A DNA stretch of 64,000 nucleotides, from positions 12,836,001-12,900,000 of the forward strand of contig CM119371.1 in the NCBI GenBank assembly GCA_051294905.1. Direction: 5' to 3'. The DNA is from Botryllus schlosseri (taxonomy: Eukaryota). Position 1 is the first letter of the stretch, and the number at the start of each line of letters is the position of its first letter. The notes under the pieces are model-generated. The model did no database searches and had not been told where the DNA came from. It saw only the letters and a program-made list of their open reading frames with translations. Shown in pieces: positions 36,090 through 47,238 of the stretch. The position numbers were made by a program, and so were the translations under genes.

Positions 36090-37355
36090 ATTGATGCACG
36101 AAAATTCGGCCGAGTGCCTCAACAGCGGATTAGATATTTTCACGGTACCCCCGACGCAAACGGCGGTCGCCGACACCAGCACTTTGATCGCTACACCGGA
36201 TAAATTGGGCGATGTCATTGAGATTAACGTGAAAGGTAGCGATCACTACTTGGATTTGTCCAGCTCGTTTATGAAAATACAGCTACAAGTGACCAAAAAA
36301 GATTGCACCACGATCGGGGGAGACAACGTCGCCGTCGGATCGGATATATTCGACGCCTTATTCAAGCAGATCGATCTGTATCTGGGCTTGAAGCTGATCA
36401 CCACATCGGACAACAATCACGCCTACAAAAGCTTCATTTTCCATCTACTAAATAGCTCTCGCGCGGCCGGCGAAACCTATCTGAAATGTATCGGCTGGAT
36501 CCCGGATACGATGAAACAGCAGGATACTTTCACGGCAGACAACGTCGGCTTCACGACCCGAAAAGCCCTGACCGCTGACAGTGCAACGCTCGAGGTCATC
36601 GGCAAGATACCGCTCGGTTTATTCGATCAGGACAGATATTTACTGGATAACGTGGATCTGTCGTTGCGATTAATCCGTAACGATGACGATTTCTGTCTCC
36701 TCGGGTCTGCCGACTCTAAAATCATACTGAAAAAAGTGGAATTGCACGTCAAGCAAATTCAGGTTTCAGACTCTGTCAGTTTGGCACACAAAACGATGCT
36801 TCGTACGCACACGGCGAAATACCCTATTATAAAGCTCGAAATGAGTAATCACTCTTTTGGAGCGGGCGATACCTCCATTGAGAAAACGTTGATTTCTGGG
36901 TCATGCCTCGACGAATCGTGATTGGTCTGGTCCCGACCGCTGCCTATAACGGGAGTAAAACTCGAAACCCCTTTAATTTCTGTCACTATCACGTCGGAAA
37001 TCTGGCTATCAACGTGAACGGGAAACTTTTGTACGGGCGTAATTTCAGATTCGACTTTGATAAAAACACAAACCTCGAGGGGTTTTTCAGCGTCTACCAA
37101 TCCACCGGGAAGTGGGATGCTCAGGAAGATCTTTTTATCGACTCTGAGAATTATAAGGCGGGGTACACTCTGTTTGCCTTCGATTTGACCCCAGACCGTA
37201 CGCATCAAGGTTGCTTTCAGCTAGAGAAGACCGGGTCCGTGAAGCTTCACATGACCCTGACCGCGGGGTTGCCGGAAGGAGCGACTCTACTGTGTCTCAA
37301 AGAATACCAACAACTGTTGGAGATCTCAGAGAAGCGCGAAGTAGTGTCTGTATGA
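36082..37355 (+). CDS. Major capsid protein (double jelly-roll); frameshift at 36898-36900
   Basis: Starts MAKLMHENSAECLNSGLDIFTVPPTQ; YLDLSSS, LFKQIDLYL, FDQDRYLLDNVDL, AAYNGSKTRNPFNF, GYTLFAFDLTPD. One extra G gives SGVMPRRI and about 424 aa. Confidence 0.92.
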
Positions 37356-37798
37356 ATACCGATCAAATTAATCATATTTTATTCAATCACCGCGACACGC
37401 GAGATTTATTTGCCGGTACTTTTGCGATCGATTTATTGCCAGTAAAGCTACCAAAGCCGTACGCAGTCGTTATCAATTACGACCCTAACGCGAAGGGCGG
37501 CTCGCATTGGATCTGTATCTTCGCCGATCAAGATGGCACGCACTTTCACGACTCTTTCGGGATTCCGCCTCTGAAGAAGGAGATCTATAGGTTATTGGGC
37601 GCGGGCGATTATACCTTCACTAGTGTGCAATTACAGTCTTTACGTTCATTTGTGTGTGGTGAACATTGTATCGCCTTCCTGATTAGAAAGGGTCAAGGTG
37701 TAGGTACCCTCGATTATTTAGATGCTTTTGGTTCTGATAAACGTGTGAATGATCGCCTCGTTTTTGATTTTGTAAACAAAGAGAAATATACTTTGTGA
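37352..37798 (+). CDS. Adenain-like cysteine maturation protease (148 aa)
   Basis: Catalytic GSHW, FHDSFG, QLQS, VCGEHC; the ATG overlaps the MCP stop (ATGA). Confidence 0.93.
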   Translation: MNTDQINHILFNHRDTRDLFAGTFAIDLLPVKLPKPYAVVINYDPNAKGGSHWICIFADQDGTHFHDSFGIPPLKKEIYRLLGAGDYTFTSVQLQSLRSFVCGEHCIAFLIRKGQGVGTLDYLDAFGSDKRVNDRLVFDFVNKEKYTL

Positions 37799-37937
37799 AC
37801 GCTCGTGACTTGTATTTTCAGATTGTGTATGTTCAATAAACCTTGTACAGCATACGTTCTACTCTTTTACGAGCGTTCGGGAGTCGTTGGCGTCATAAAG
37901 ATCGCTACTAACCAGGGAGCAAAAGAGGTCAACTACG

Positions 37938-38225
37938 ATGACGCAGACCAGAATCGTCACCTTGCATCGCTTCGTCTGGCCGAACGCGTTGACAATCCAC
38001 CTAAAACACGAACCGGGATCTCACATACGGATCCGAAGGAACAAATACTATACTGACATCATGTTTGACGGACAAATATTCCCAAATCCCATCGTGTTTA
38101 CACGCAATTGGATTAATCAACCCACCGCGGAACGACACGTCAAGACAGGAGAACTATATCGATTCGTCGGCGTTCATACCATTGAAATTAAATGTCAATC
38201 CATTGTTGTTCGGGGGAAAATATAA
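37938..38225 (+). CDS. Hypothetical terminal ORF (95 aa) running into the right TIR
   Basis: ATG-initiated ORF; no recognised motif. Confidence 0.4.
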   Translation: MTQTRIVTLHRFVWPNALTIHLKHEPGSHIRIRRNKYYTDIMFDGQIFPNPIVFTRNWINQPTAERHVKTGELYRFVGVHTIEIKCQSIVVRGKI

Positions 38226-38512
38226 TACATAATACACAAGTCTCGTGTCCAGAAGTCAGGCGAGGTAGAGTCAGGAGTGGAAAAGTACAAGTAGAATGAC
38301 TCCAGTCTGAGTACAAAGGTCAATCGAGATTCTTTGTTCGTTTTCTCTCAGTCAATCCCCCCTTTTTTTTTTGATTGCAGCACACAAGGTCATAAAAGTA
38401 TTGCTGCTAAATTGATAATGAGCTAATTCTTACACTGTTTATTATCTTGATAATGTTTGTTTGTTCTTTATAAATCGCGAATGGGGGGATTCCGCACATT
38501 TCTCTTACTACT
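38175..38512 (-). repeat. Polinton right terminal inverted repeat
   Basis: Inverted copy of 22135-22471; its inner end overlaps the 3' end of ORF 37938-38225. Confidence 0.95.
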
Positions 38513-38848
38513 TGCGATAGCTAGTATGCTAGTATGCAATAGCGTACCCACGCCAGCACTTGAGACTCAGATCATAAGAAGAGAAAAAACAACTAAAAAC
38601 TTCGATCGCTCTGCCTATAAAGTAGGCGTAGTTTGTTTTTGCTATATGTCGGCAGCTCAGAAACTAGTCAACAATATCGGTTTGGGGTAAACAGCAACAA
38701 TCCTACCTATTCCGAAAAAAGATACTCTACACCTATAATGTAATTTCACACACCAACATTTTACCTTTCTGTTTTTAATTTAGTGTGTGGTATTTTGAAT
38801 TAAATCATTCATACAACTCACAGCAAACAGAAGCATTAAGAACAATAC

Positions 38849-38994
38849 CTTCTGCACACATTGTGTTTCCGTCACAATAGTATTCTTCCCTCAGCTGACA
38901 TAGTCCCCACCTCGCATTCAAAGAGTTCATTCCGAAGCAAGTTCGATACCCCGAATTTGCTACTGGTGAAGATGTGTCTTCGTCGCTTCCATCG
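38849..38994 (-). CDS. Host LDLa-repeat gene exon
   Basis: AG/GT bounded, 146 bp, phase-compatible; DGSDEDTSSPVANSGYRTCFGMNSLNARWGLCQLREEYYCDGNTMCAE. Confidence 0.85.
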
Positions 38995-39194
38995 CTGAAA
39001 ATATTTAATAAGGTATTAATAGTGACCGTGGAATTAACCTCTATTTTTTCATATGAATACTATGAACGTGATGCATGAAACGTTCACAAAAATAGTTGTC
39101 TGGTATTGGAAGTTTGAAAGAATTCTAGATACCAAATCTAAATCGGCTGGTGATGGCTTTAATTGTTTATACCGTGAATTGTCGTACACTATAC

Positions 39195-39288
39195 CTGCAG
39201 TCTATGCATCCATCGCAGAATACTGAAGCAAGAATACACTTGTTCGAGGGGTCTTGACATTCGAACTCATCACCAGAACAACTGATTT
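39195..39288 (-). CDS. Host LDLa-repeat gene exon
   Basis: AG/GT bounded, 94 bp; ISCSGDEFECQDPSNKCILASVFCDGCIDC(S), completed by DGSDE in the next exon to give a canonical LDL-receptor class A module. Confidence 0.88.
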
Positions 39289-39876
39289 CTGTAAGAAAAT
39301 GACGAATACAAAATATATTTCGTTGTGGAATCTTGTGCTCACAGATTGATCAAGCTATCGAACTATATCATTTTCCGACACACCGTTTTCTACACTGCGT
39401 GGTAGGCAGAAAGAGGTTGAATGCTTCTAGGGAACGAATAAGAAAGATATATAAAGAATAATACTGAGATATGTACTCGCCATGTGTGACATAAAACATA
39501 CCTCGGAGTATTCTGCCACAATATGTATTGTTGTATGTCCGTTTTCACTTAATATATACCATTTATACTCTTGCATGCATATTTGTAGATCATTTGGTGC
39601 ATGAGATCGAATATTCGTGATGCAAAGGTTCTGTTTGAGGATTTAACGTAATCCGCTAAATATTAACTTTTGTAAACCCATGATTTCAAACGCCATATTA
39701 AACAGTTTCAGGGTCATATAAAACACACATATATATATATATATATATATATCATTGATCAGCTGGTATTTAGACGTGAATTCGTTATTGGTTCTATATC
39801 AGATAGCATGTAGAATGAATTCGTTGATTCTCTATAAGCTATAAGCAAATTCAGGATTGAAAACACGAGTTGATCA

Positions 39877-40067
39877 TGACTTCAATACTGTGACTTGGAC
39901 TCGACTCGAGTCATAACACTATGACTCGGACTTGAGCCTTTAAACGGTGACTTGGACTCGGACTCGAGTCGGTGATGAATTGAAAATGACTCGACTTGAC
40001 TCGAGTCCAAACCACAAAAGTAAGATTGACTCGTGACTCGGAACAATGTGACTTGGCTACAACCCTG
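39877..40067 (-). mobile_element. End fragment of the GACTCGAGTC hAT family
   Basis: Reverse complement of ~11468-11660; abuts the THAP relic. Confidence 0.8.
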
Positions 40068-41148
40068 CTTCAGAACAGAAGATTACAGCCGTAAGAGGGT
40101 GTCAGATGTGCCAGTTGGGTTCCAGAAAAACAGGTTAAGAATGGATGCCGTGCCGAGCTGCAATCTTCGAGGCGAGAAAGAGGATACACGGAATAACAAA
40201 CGTAAAACGTGTACAGCTCAGCGTGCTAGTGACGCAACTTTAGATGCAGATAAAAATTGTCATAATTCATCTAGCTCAGTATCCACCAACTCTTCTGATT
40301 GCTCTGTAATCGGCAGCACAAAAGTCATGTCATCGTCTTCAGAACAATGTTGCAGTAGCTCAGATACGCACCCCCAAGGAGGAGAGCTTGAAAAGCAGAG
40401 GGGTGAAGTAGCTGTTGCTCGTAGTGTAATTGCTGCTCTTGTTGATATAAGACCATTTGTGCTCTACTCCACAAAAGTTCCAAGATATTCCAAATTGTCG
40501 CATGATCATAGACTGCACAGAATTCTTTATAGAGACTCCAAGACAAGATCTTGAAGCAGCTTGTTCAAGTTTTAGCAACTACAAAAAGCGACTGACAGCT
40601 AAATACCGTATTGGAGTTGCTCCGAATGGAGCAATAACATACATCAGTGATGGATACCCTGGCAGTACCAGTGATAAAATGATTACCAAGCTGTCAGGGG
40701 TTTTACAACATTTTCAGGTCTGTATCAGCATTAGAATCAGTGGTAAACCTATTATAAGATGATAATTATCAGGCTTGTAATGACTTGAGTATCAATTTTT
40801 CTAGTGAATAGACTTTCGTCATTGTTTTCATTGACTCGACTTGGACCAAGTATTGTAGATCAAGAAATTAGACAAGACCCAATCGAAGTCCCATGGTGTG
40901 ATAGCACTTCTCGTGACTTTGACACTTACAACCCTGGATGATATTATACTTCTTTATAACAGGCTGGGGATTTAGTTCTGGCAGACAAAGGATTTCTTAT
41001 TCATGAATTGATGCCAAGTGGAGTGTCCTTGAATCTTCCACCATTTCTAGCTGGAAAAAAGCAATTTACTGAGACTGAGGCTAGGTTCTGCAAAAAGATA
41101 GCAAGTTGTCGAATACACGTGGAGAAAGCAATAGAAAGAATCCGTAAC
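40068..41148 (+). pseudogene. THAP plus DDE_Tnp_4 (ISL2EU/Harbinger-like) transposase, truncated
   Basis: THAP tail EDY...RLRMDAVPS; IIDCTEF, FSNYK, YPGSTSD; intron ~40718-40962; LADKGF, RIHVEKAIERIRN; cut at the Copia junction. Confidence 0.85.
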
Positions 41149-42330
41149 TCCATAAACGATAACCTTTCGTTAACAGGCCATATCCCAGAAATGTACATAT
41201 TTCAGCTTTAGCAGCAAGCTTGCCTCTTCTCTCACTCTTCGGCAAAAACGCATAAGCTTTGCACCCAAACACCCGCAGATGCTTCACGCTAGGTTTGGTG
41301 CCGTGATAGACTTCAAACGGTGTTTTACAATCCAGAGCAACAGTACTACTTCTGTTCCTCAAATAATTAGCGGTCATAATCGCTTCAGGCCACAGATGCG
41401 GTGGTACCTGCGATCCATGAATCATAGCAACAGCTCTTTCACAGAGTACTGTACTCTATTTAGACGTTCAGCAACGCCATTTTGCGGAGGACAAGCCCTC
41501 ACAGTTTTCTCATGCCGTATTCCTTTCTCTTTAAGCCAGGATTCACATTCATTACTGATATATTCGCCACCATTGTCCGTACGAATACATCCAACACGTT
41601 GTTTCCGAAAATTTTCTTGATGTAGCACGAACGCTCGCAACTCTGCAAACACATCGGCTTTTCTCTTAAGGGGAATCACTCAACTCACGCGACTGTAATC
41701 ATCCGTGAATGTAAGGAAATATTTCGAGCCACCAAGAGACTCGGGAGCAATCGGTCCACAGACATCAGAGTGGATCAACTCCAACACACGCGTTGCCCGT
41801 CGCTCTGAACGTTTAGGAAAGGGCAACTTCGTAGACTTCCCCATTATACAAGGTTCACAAAAATCAAGCTTCAACGGACCATTTAACTCCATACCGTTGA
41901 CCATTTTGTTATTCGCCATCTTTTGTAAATTATCATGTCCAATGTGGCCAAGACGACGATGCCACAACTCAGCTGAAACGGCTCCAGCCAGACAATTTTC
42001 AGTAACATTGTCTTTCACAAATTCCCTAACAGTGTCTTGCGGCAAATCATCCGCTATATCACAAGTATTACAATCTGTGCCAGCCATGGATAATTTGGAA
42101 GGCACTCCTTCTGAGCCACGCGGGATTTGAGTGTCATTGGCAGACCCTACATCACCGACTTCACTGGCAAAAACACATGGTTTATCATCTCTGTTTCCAG
42201 AACCACGAAAACAGTTAACTTTGTTGGTATTATTATCACTTTTAGGAGAATAATGCTCCTTCTCGATGGGGCGTGACAGAGACTCGCGCATTTCTTTTTC
42301 GTTACAAGGGCGAAAATCCAGCATATACAA

Positions 42331-43964
42331 TAGGGTTGTCCATAATTTGGAAAATCTTACAAATCCTCGGTTGTAATGTCTTATTCGATAGATTATTCAT
42401 AAAAAACGACACTGAGCCTGAAAGAAGCTCACAGAAAGGCCGTTAAGATTTCGTGCAAAGCGTTTGAAAGTAGCTGCCGAAGAATGGGCGTGCCACCGAC
42501 CATAGAACGGCGAGAAGACTAGTAATCAAGAAACCACGGCTCTAGATTGGATAATCGGCTATGCTTCAATGACCACGTCAGCAGCAGCTTGCTGATTAGG
42601 TGAACAAGGAGTCTGCTACTGGCGGCGATTCTGAAAGCGCATTGTATGTAGGTTGACAGATAATGATTTAGGATTGATTAAGGGTATGTTGAGGTACGAA
42701 ATACATGATGAACAAACAACAGCTGCTTCACAAAAACGTCTAAAGCATGGCTGCTATATTGTGAAAGAAACCGCCGTAGCCTATATGCCTTGTTTTCAAC
42801 GAGGGAAAGCATAGGCGCTTATGCAAGTGGCGACGGATTCCTAGTTTCAGAAATAATATATCATTATTGAATACAAAGATAAAGCTTAACAATGACACTA
42901 TAGTTTGTGTGATCTCATTGCGCTCAGGTTGTAGTACATAGTTGAAGTTTTGAAAGCTCTAAGGGTCGGCTGAATCAGCGGGTTATGCTTGGCACTTGCC
43001 AGATGCTTGCATCAAACTGTATTCACTTGCAAGCGTTGTCAGAGTCCTTGATGATGACGCAAAAAGAGGCGTAAAAGTAAGCACGTAATATGCTGGATAT
43101 GATATGTCAAATTCCTTAATAATCGCGCAGAAAAGGGGTGTAAAGGTAAACACAGACAATGCTGCATAGTGCATAGTATCCAACATAGTTTGCATATCAT
43201 ATCAAGCAGGGCCTGTGCTTGCATTTAAACCTCGTTACTGCGACATCATTAGGGACTTTGAAAACATTTACAAGTGAATTCAATTTGCTGCAAACATCTG
43301 ACGAGTGCTAAGCCTAACCGTCTGATTCAGCCGATCGCTAGAGCATTCAAAACTTCAACTATGTACTGCAACCTGAGCCCAATAAGATCACCTAACTTAT
43401 AGTGTCATAGCTTTATCTTTGTATTCAATAATGATATATTATTTCTGAAACTAGGAATCCATTGCCACTTGCATAAGCGCCTATGCTTTCCCTCGTCGAA
43501 AACAAGGCATATAGGCTACAGCGGTTTCCTTCACGATGAAGCGGTCATGCTTTAGACGTTTTTGTGAAGCAGCTGTTGTTTGTACATCATGTATTTCTTA
43601 CCTCAAGATACCTTGAATCAATCCTAAATCATTATCTGTCAACCTGCATACAATGCGCTTTCAGAATCGCCGCCAGTAGCAGACTCCTTGTTCACCTAAT
43701 CAGCAAGCTGCTGCTGACGTGGTCATTAAAGCATAGCCGATTATCCAATCAAGAGCCGTGGTTTATTGATTACTAGTCTTCTCGCCGTTCTATGGTCGGT
43801 GGCACGCCTATTCTTCGGCAGCTACTTTCAAACGCTTTGCACGAAATCTTAACGGCCTTTCTGTGAGCTTCTTTCAGGCTCAGTGTCGTTTTTTATGAAT
43901 AATCTATCGAATAAGACATTACAACCGAGGATTTGTAAGATTTTCCAAATTATGGACAACCCTA
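42331..43964. mobile_element. 1.6-kb foldback (almost fully palindromic) DNA element
   Basis: TAGGGTTGTCC...GGACAACCCTA termini; ~780-bp inverted arms with an ~80-bp spacer; TSD ATATACAA (42323-42330, 43965-43972). Confidence 0.93.
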
Positions 43965-45194
43965 ATATACAAGTTGTCAACGACACTGCCAGTAACGACA
44001 TTTAGCCCTGCATCTCTATCAAAATGCGAATACCATCCGAATCAAAAACGACTTCATATTTGGGATTATCAACAGCGGCATTCACGGAAAACAGTGTTGT
44101 TGATAAGTCGGGGACATAAAGTGCGTTTTGTAAATCGGCAATACCAGTTCTCTCGCCATTTTCATACATGGCCATGCGAAGGGTCCCAATACCCTCAGCA
44201 TATATGACTTTACCATCACCTAATTCAATTTCCACACGAAAAGGTGTCAGTTCAATAAACATCTCAGAAATGCAACTCATATGACTGGTCGCACCACTGT
44301 CACAGATAACACACAGTCTGTGTCGAGACAGGCAAACATACGTAAGCATAAGATACTTACTCACGCGAAGACGATCGCTATTACCACGATGCGGCATACC
44401 CAGGTTTCTACTTTCTACAGGTAAAACAGCAAATGAATAAAACAGAGAATGTCTCTCTTCTACACGCATCGAATTATTCTCTCGGGATTTATCATTTCCA
44501 CTATCAGCATAATGAGCAGTTCGACGCTGAAAACGTCCTCTGCCTCTATCAGCAGATCTTCCTCGGCCATAACCACGAGGCTCAAATTCCCGACCACGGG
44601 GATTACAATCATTTTTCAGATCCCAACACATGGACCTTTTATGTCCAACTTTACCACAATGATCACATGTACCAGTAAATTTGGGCTTACCGTACTTTCC
44701 TTCCGCCTGATAGGCTTGAACACTTTGCGGCGGAGAAACCGAAATCACGGTCTGCACTCTCAATAGCAAATTATCCAACGAATAATCCGGTTTACTTTGC
44801 ATTTCGTTCACAAGATACGAACGTGTCACATCAAAACTGGACGGCAAATGCTTTATTACTTCGTAAACCTGGTCACTACCACTAACGGCATGACCCATAC
44901 AAGCCATTCTTTGAAACAGCAATTGACATTCTTGAATCTTTTCAATAATATTCGTATCCGTAAAAGTCGGCATCATTTCAATCTGCCGTTTTAGTGATAG
45001 AAACATCATCGAATTCTTCGGCTCAAACTTCTTCTCCAGATCCTCCCATATTTTCTTCGGATCACTATGATGCTCTTCCGGTATAGCCGGCAACACTGAG
45101 CTATCAAGATTACGCAGTAATATTCCGGCTGCTTTAGTCTTCTTAGACCGGGATGCATTCTCTACATCTCCTTCTGCAACGTATTCCCATAGAT

Positions 45195-46872
45195 CAGGGG
45201 TGGGCAACATACGGCCCGCGGGCCGGATACGGCCCGCGAAGAGATTTTGTCCGGCCCGCGGACAGTTTTCTGTCTTACATGATATTGTGGCCCGCGGCCC
45301 CAGTATTCAGAGATTCTCTGCTACTTGCGTAAACGTCAAATTTTAGTGAGTGTATGTTATTATACACATGTATGCGCACTGCGCAGTGAGCGAGGGTGGT
45401 GATTACTCGTAAGTTAGTCGAAGCGAGAAGACTTGCATTATCGGCATTTACGATGTACTCGACCCTAATGTCATTTGTGGTAATGATATTGTTTGTCGAC
45501 TACAATGGTCATTTACACCAGGCCGATATTTCATATTTTTGATTCCGTAACCGTCGACTTGTAGCACGACACACTTCTAGGCTTTTGTAAGACATCGCTT
45601 ATGCCAGGGGTCGCCAACTCGAAACGGGTCGCGGGGCACTTTCAAATTTTTTAGAGGCCGCGGGCCGCATGAGTTCAATATCGAGATAAAATAGGCCACA
45701 CAGTTGAACAACCACGCTATATCTCGTCACCTACTAAACCAGGGTGGCCAACTTGTGGCCGTAGAAGGGAAATTTGTGGACAAGTAATTCAATTAGTACC
45801 ATATGTGCGGGCGGCCGTCGACATGCAATTTGAATTAACAAATTGAGTCTCGATTTTTTGAGAGATCCTAATCAATCTTGAAATTTTCTTCGCGCTGCGC
45901 GCGATTCAACGTGACTTCGTTTATCGATTTTAATATAGTGGCGCCCTTTGCAATCATAGCCCCACAGTACAGACGTGAATAGCAGAGGAAAATGATGCGC
46001 CTCATATAGAAATCCCAACTCGGAGTGTTGTACTCCTCGCTATACGGACAATCTTGATGATAGGTCAAGAAATAATAGCATCCAACCAAGTGACTAATTA
46101 TAATTGGCCCACCCGAAGATGCATCACCATTGATATCTTGTCCTAAATTTTCGAAAAACACACCCTCCATCAAATCTACAGTTGAATCTGATGACATCGG
46201 ATGAGAAATAATATGAAAAATACTATTATTTGTGACGAAATTCAGGTGATTCGGAAAATATTTTCGCGCTTCGCGCGATTATGTACGGTCCATAACATAA
46301 CCAAGACCAGTCACCAGTGACCACTCGCGAAGTCGGTGCGTATAGTATGCATATGTGATTAAATGGATAAGTCCGGAGTTCACCGGAAAGGGACATGGAC
46401 ACTATAACATGTGTATTTGGCGTCCAGATAGTTCATTACGACTATGCCCTGTAATGCGGCCGTAGGCTACCTGAGTAGTCGGAATGCGGCCGTGAATGGC
46501 AAAAAGGTTGGTCATACCTGTACTAAACCCTAATTAAGAGATATATTGGTGAATTTGTAGTACCGGGCTTATCGAACGCCTTGAAATCTTAATTAGGGAT
46601 TGCACCGTGGTGATCGATCAGAGAGAAGCAAACATAGTGGTGCCTGTATTACAATGACAATACTGTTCTCAAATCCACATTGTCTTCGTCATTATTGGCG
46701 AGAAATGGCTTTGAAGTTACATTGCTGTCGTTAAAATACATTCAATAAATACGATTTATTCCTTGTATATGTGGATAAATGGGCGAATAATGTATCGATT
46801 CAGCAATCCGGCCCGCCAAGTATTTAATTTTCCTCTATCCGGCGCGCCGACTGGAGAAGTTGCCCGCCCCTG
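45195..46872. mobile_element. hAT (Buster/Charlie-like) MITE inserted in Copia gag
   Basis: TIRs CAGGGGTGGGCAAC...GTTGCCCGCCCCTG; TSD CCATAGAT; removal restores ...MANDLWEYVAEG. Confidence 0.93.
45740..46520. mobile_element. Nested hAT MITE
   Basis: CAGGGTGGCCAAC...GTTGGTCATACCTG; TSD TACTAAAC (45732-45739, 46521-46528). Confidence 0.82.
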
Positions 46873-47238
46873 CCATAGATCGTTGGCCATTAATTCACCT
46901 TTAACTTGTATTATCCAGGTAGGCCAATTACTCATCCTACCGCATTTCAACTTATCCATATTATTAGCAGATGACATCGTTGCTGTTGAGCAGATTAGCA
47001 AGGGTGCATAACCTTTGATGAAAAACTAGGAACCTTCTCCGTTCTACCTGCGGCTTGAGATTCTTATCCAAACACCAGTCCAACACACAGCAGAGTATTT
47101 TACAGCGTACCAGTTCAAACAGCGAGCGACGTCTCCAACTTTCTTAAAACTTGTGCCACGAGGTAAGCACACTGGCCAGATATTATACGCGGCATTATGA
47201 CGACACAACACAATCAATATTCCTAGACAATTCTAACA

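Larger units (their letters stand above)
22135..38512 (+). mobile_element. Full-length Polinton/Maverick (adintovirus-like) endogenous dsDNA virus
   Basis: Begins AGTAGT (22135) and ends ACTACT (38512); 6-bp TSD TGCGAT at 22129-22134 and 38513-38518; long TIRs; encodes pPolB, ATPase, integrase, mCPs, MCP and adenain. Confidence 0.97.
41149..47238 (-). mobile_element. Ty1/Copia LTR retrotransposon, 3'-truncated and interrupted
   Basis: 5' LTR TGTTAG...CATCA (47238-47016); PBS-like GGTTATGCACCC; gag NWPTW and CDHCGKVGHKRSMC; protease DSGATSHM; LWHRRLGH; integrase HSDVCGP/TDNGGEY/NGVAERLNR. RT, RNase H and the 3' LTR are absent. Confidence 0.92.

Noticed and set aside
35701..36921. 406-aa ORF as a novel core-MCP fusion protein
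   Set aside because: One added G at 36034-36037 restores a separate protein ending KKRRRRDIFDG*, and the MCP has its own ATG at 36082.
37211..37351. N-terminal extension of the protease ORF
   Set aside because: It overlaps the MCP C-terminus in another frame; the likely start is ATG 37352.
38457..38690. 77-aa ORF with a signal-peptide-like start
   Set aside because: It crosses the TIR/host junction, so it is a chance chimeric frame.
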